DNA from: Octopus vulgaris
Lineage: Eukaryota
Assembly: GCA_951406725.2 (NCBI GenBank)
Contig: OX597816.1
Span: 179,304,001 to 179,368,000 of the forward strand
DNA length: 64,000 nt
Direction of reading: 5' to 3'
The notes beneath the pieces were generated by a model that was not told the origin of the DNA, searched no databases, and saw only the letters and a list, made by a program, of their open reading frames with translations. Position 1 is the stretch's first letter. Each line of letters begins with the position of its first letter. A program made the translations under genes and the position numbers. This document shows, in pieces, positions 63,877 to 64,000 of this stretch.

Positions 63877-64000
63877 TGCTGGTGACATGTCCGTGCCAGT
63901 GACACTTAAAGGCACCCATGCTGGTGACACTTAAAGGCACCCACTACACTCTGTGGAGTAGTTGGCATCAGGAAGGGCATCCAGCCATAGAAACCATGCC
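63877..64000 (+). mobile_element. RTE 3' UTR fragment running off the window end
   Basis: GTGCCAGTGACACTTAAAGGCACCC units and GTTGGCATCAGGAAGGGCATCCAGC. Confidence 0.8.

Overview
AT-rich, microsatellite-rich animal genomic DNA, most likely from an Octopus-like coleoid cephalopod (inferred from its tRNA-derived CORE- and Nin-type SINEs, RTE tails and microsatellite load). No intact protein-coding gene, rRNA, true tRNA or CRISPR array is visible. The window reads as one or a few very long introns or intergenic DNA filled with decayed mobile elements: several SINE families, RTE, CR1/L2-like, R4/Dong-like and CRE-like LINE fragments, two Penelope-like (GIY-YIG) elements, three mariner-derived elements, two non-autonomous Helitrons, and hAT-, piggyBac- and Chapaev/CACTA-like MITEs. 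Nearly all long ORFs in the track are microsatellite artefacts or transposon relics. Points of interest: (1) a near-intact minimal hammerhead ribozyme downstream of a Penelope-like endonuclease; (2) four fold-back elements next to (TA)n/(CA)n tracts in the first 10 kb, each with outward-facing hammerhead-like cores, one with a long stem II; (3) Penelope-like elements inserted twice into the internal microsatellite of the same SINE family; (4) an inverted duplication of an already decayed CR1-like RT segment; (5) a twin-priming-like inversion in an R4/Dong LINE; (6) a 2.4 kb two-state TATG/CATG array; (7) weakly supported + strand micro-exon candidates of an unidentified host gene. All comparisons were made by eye.
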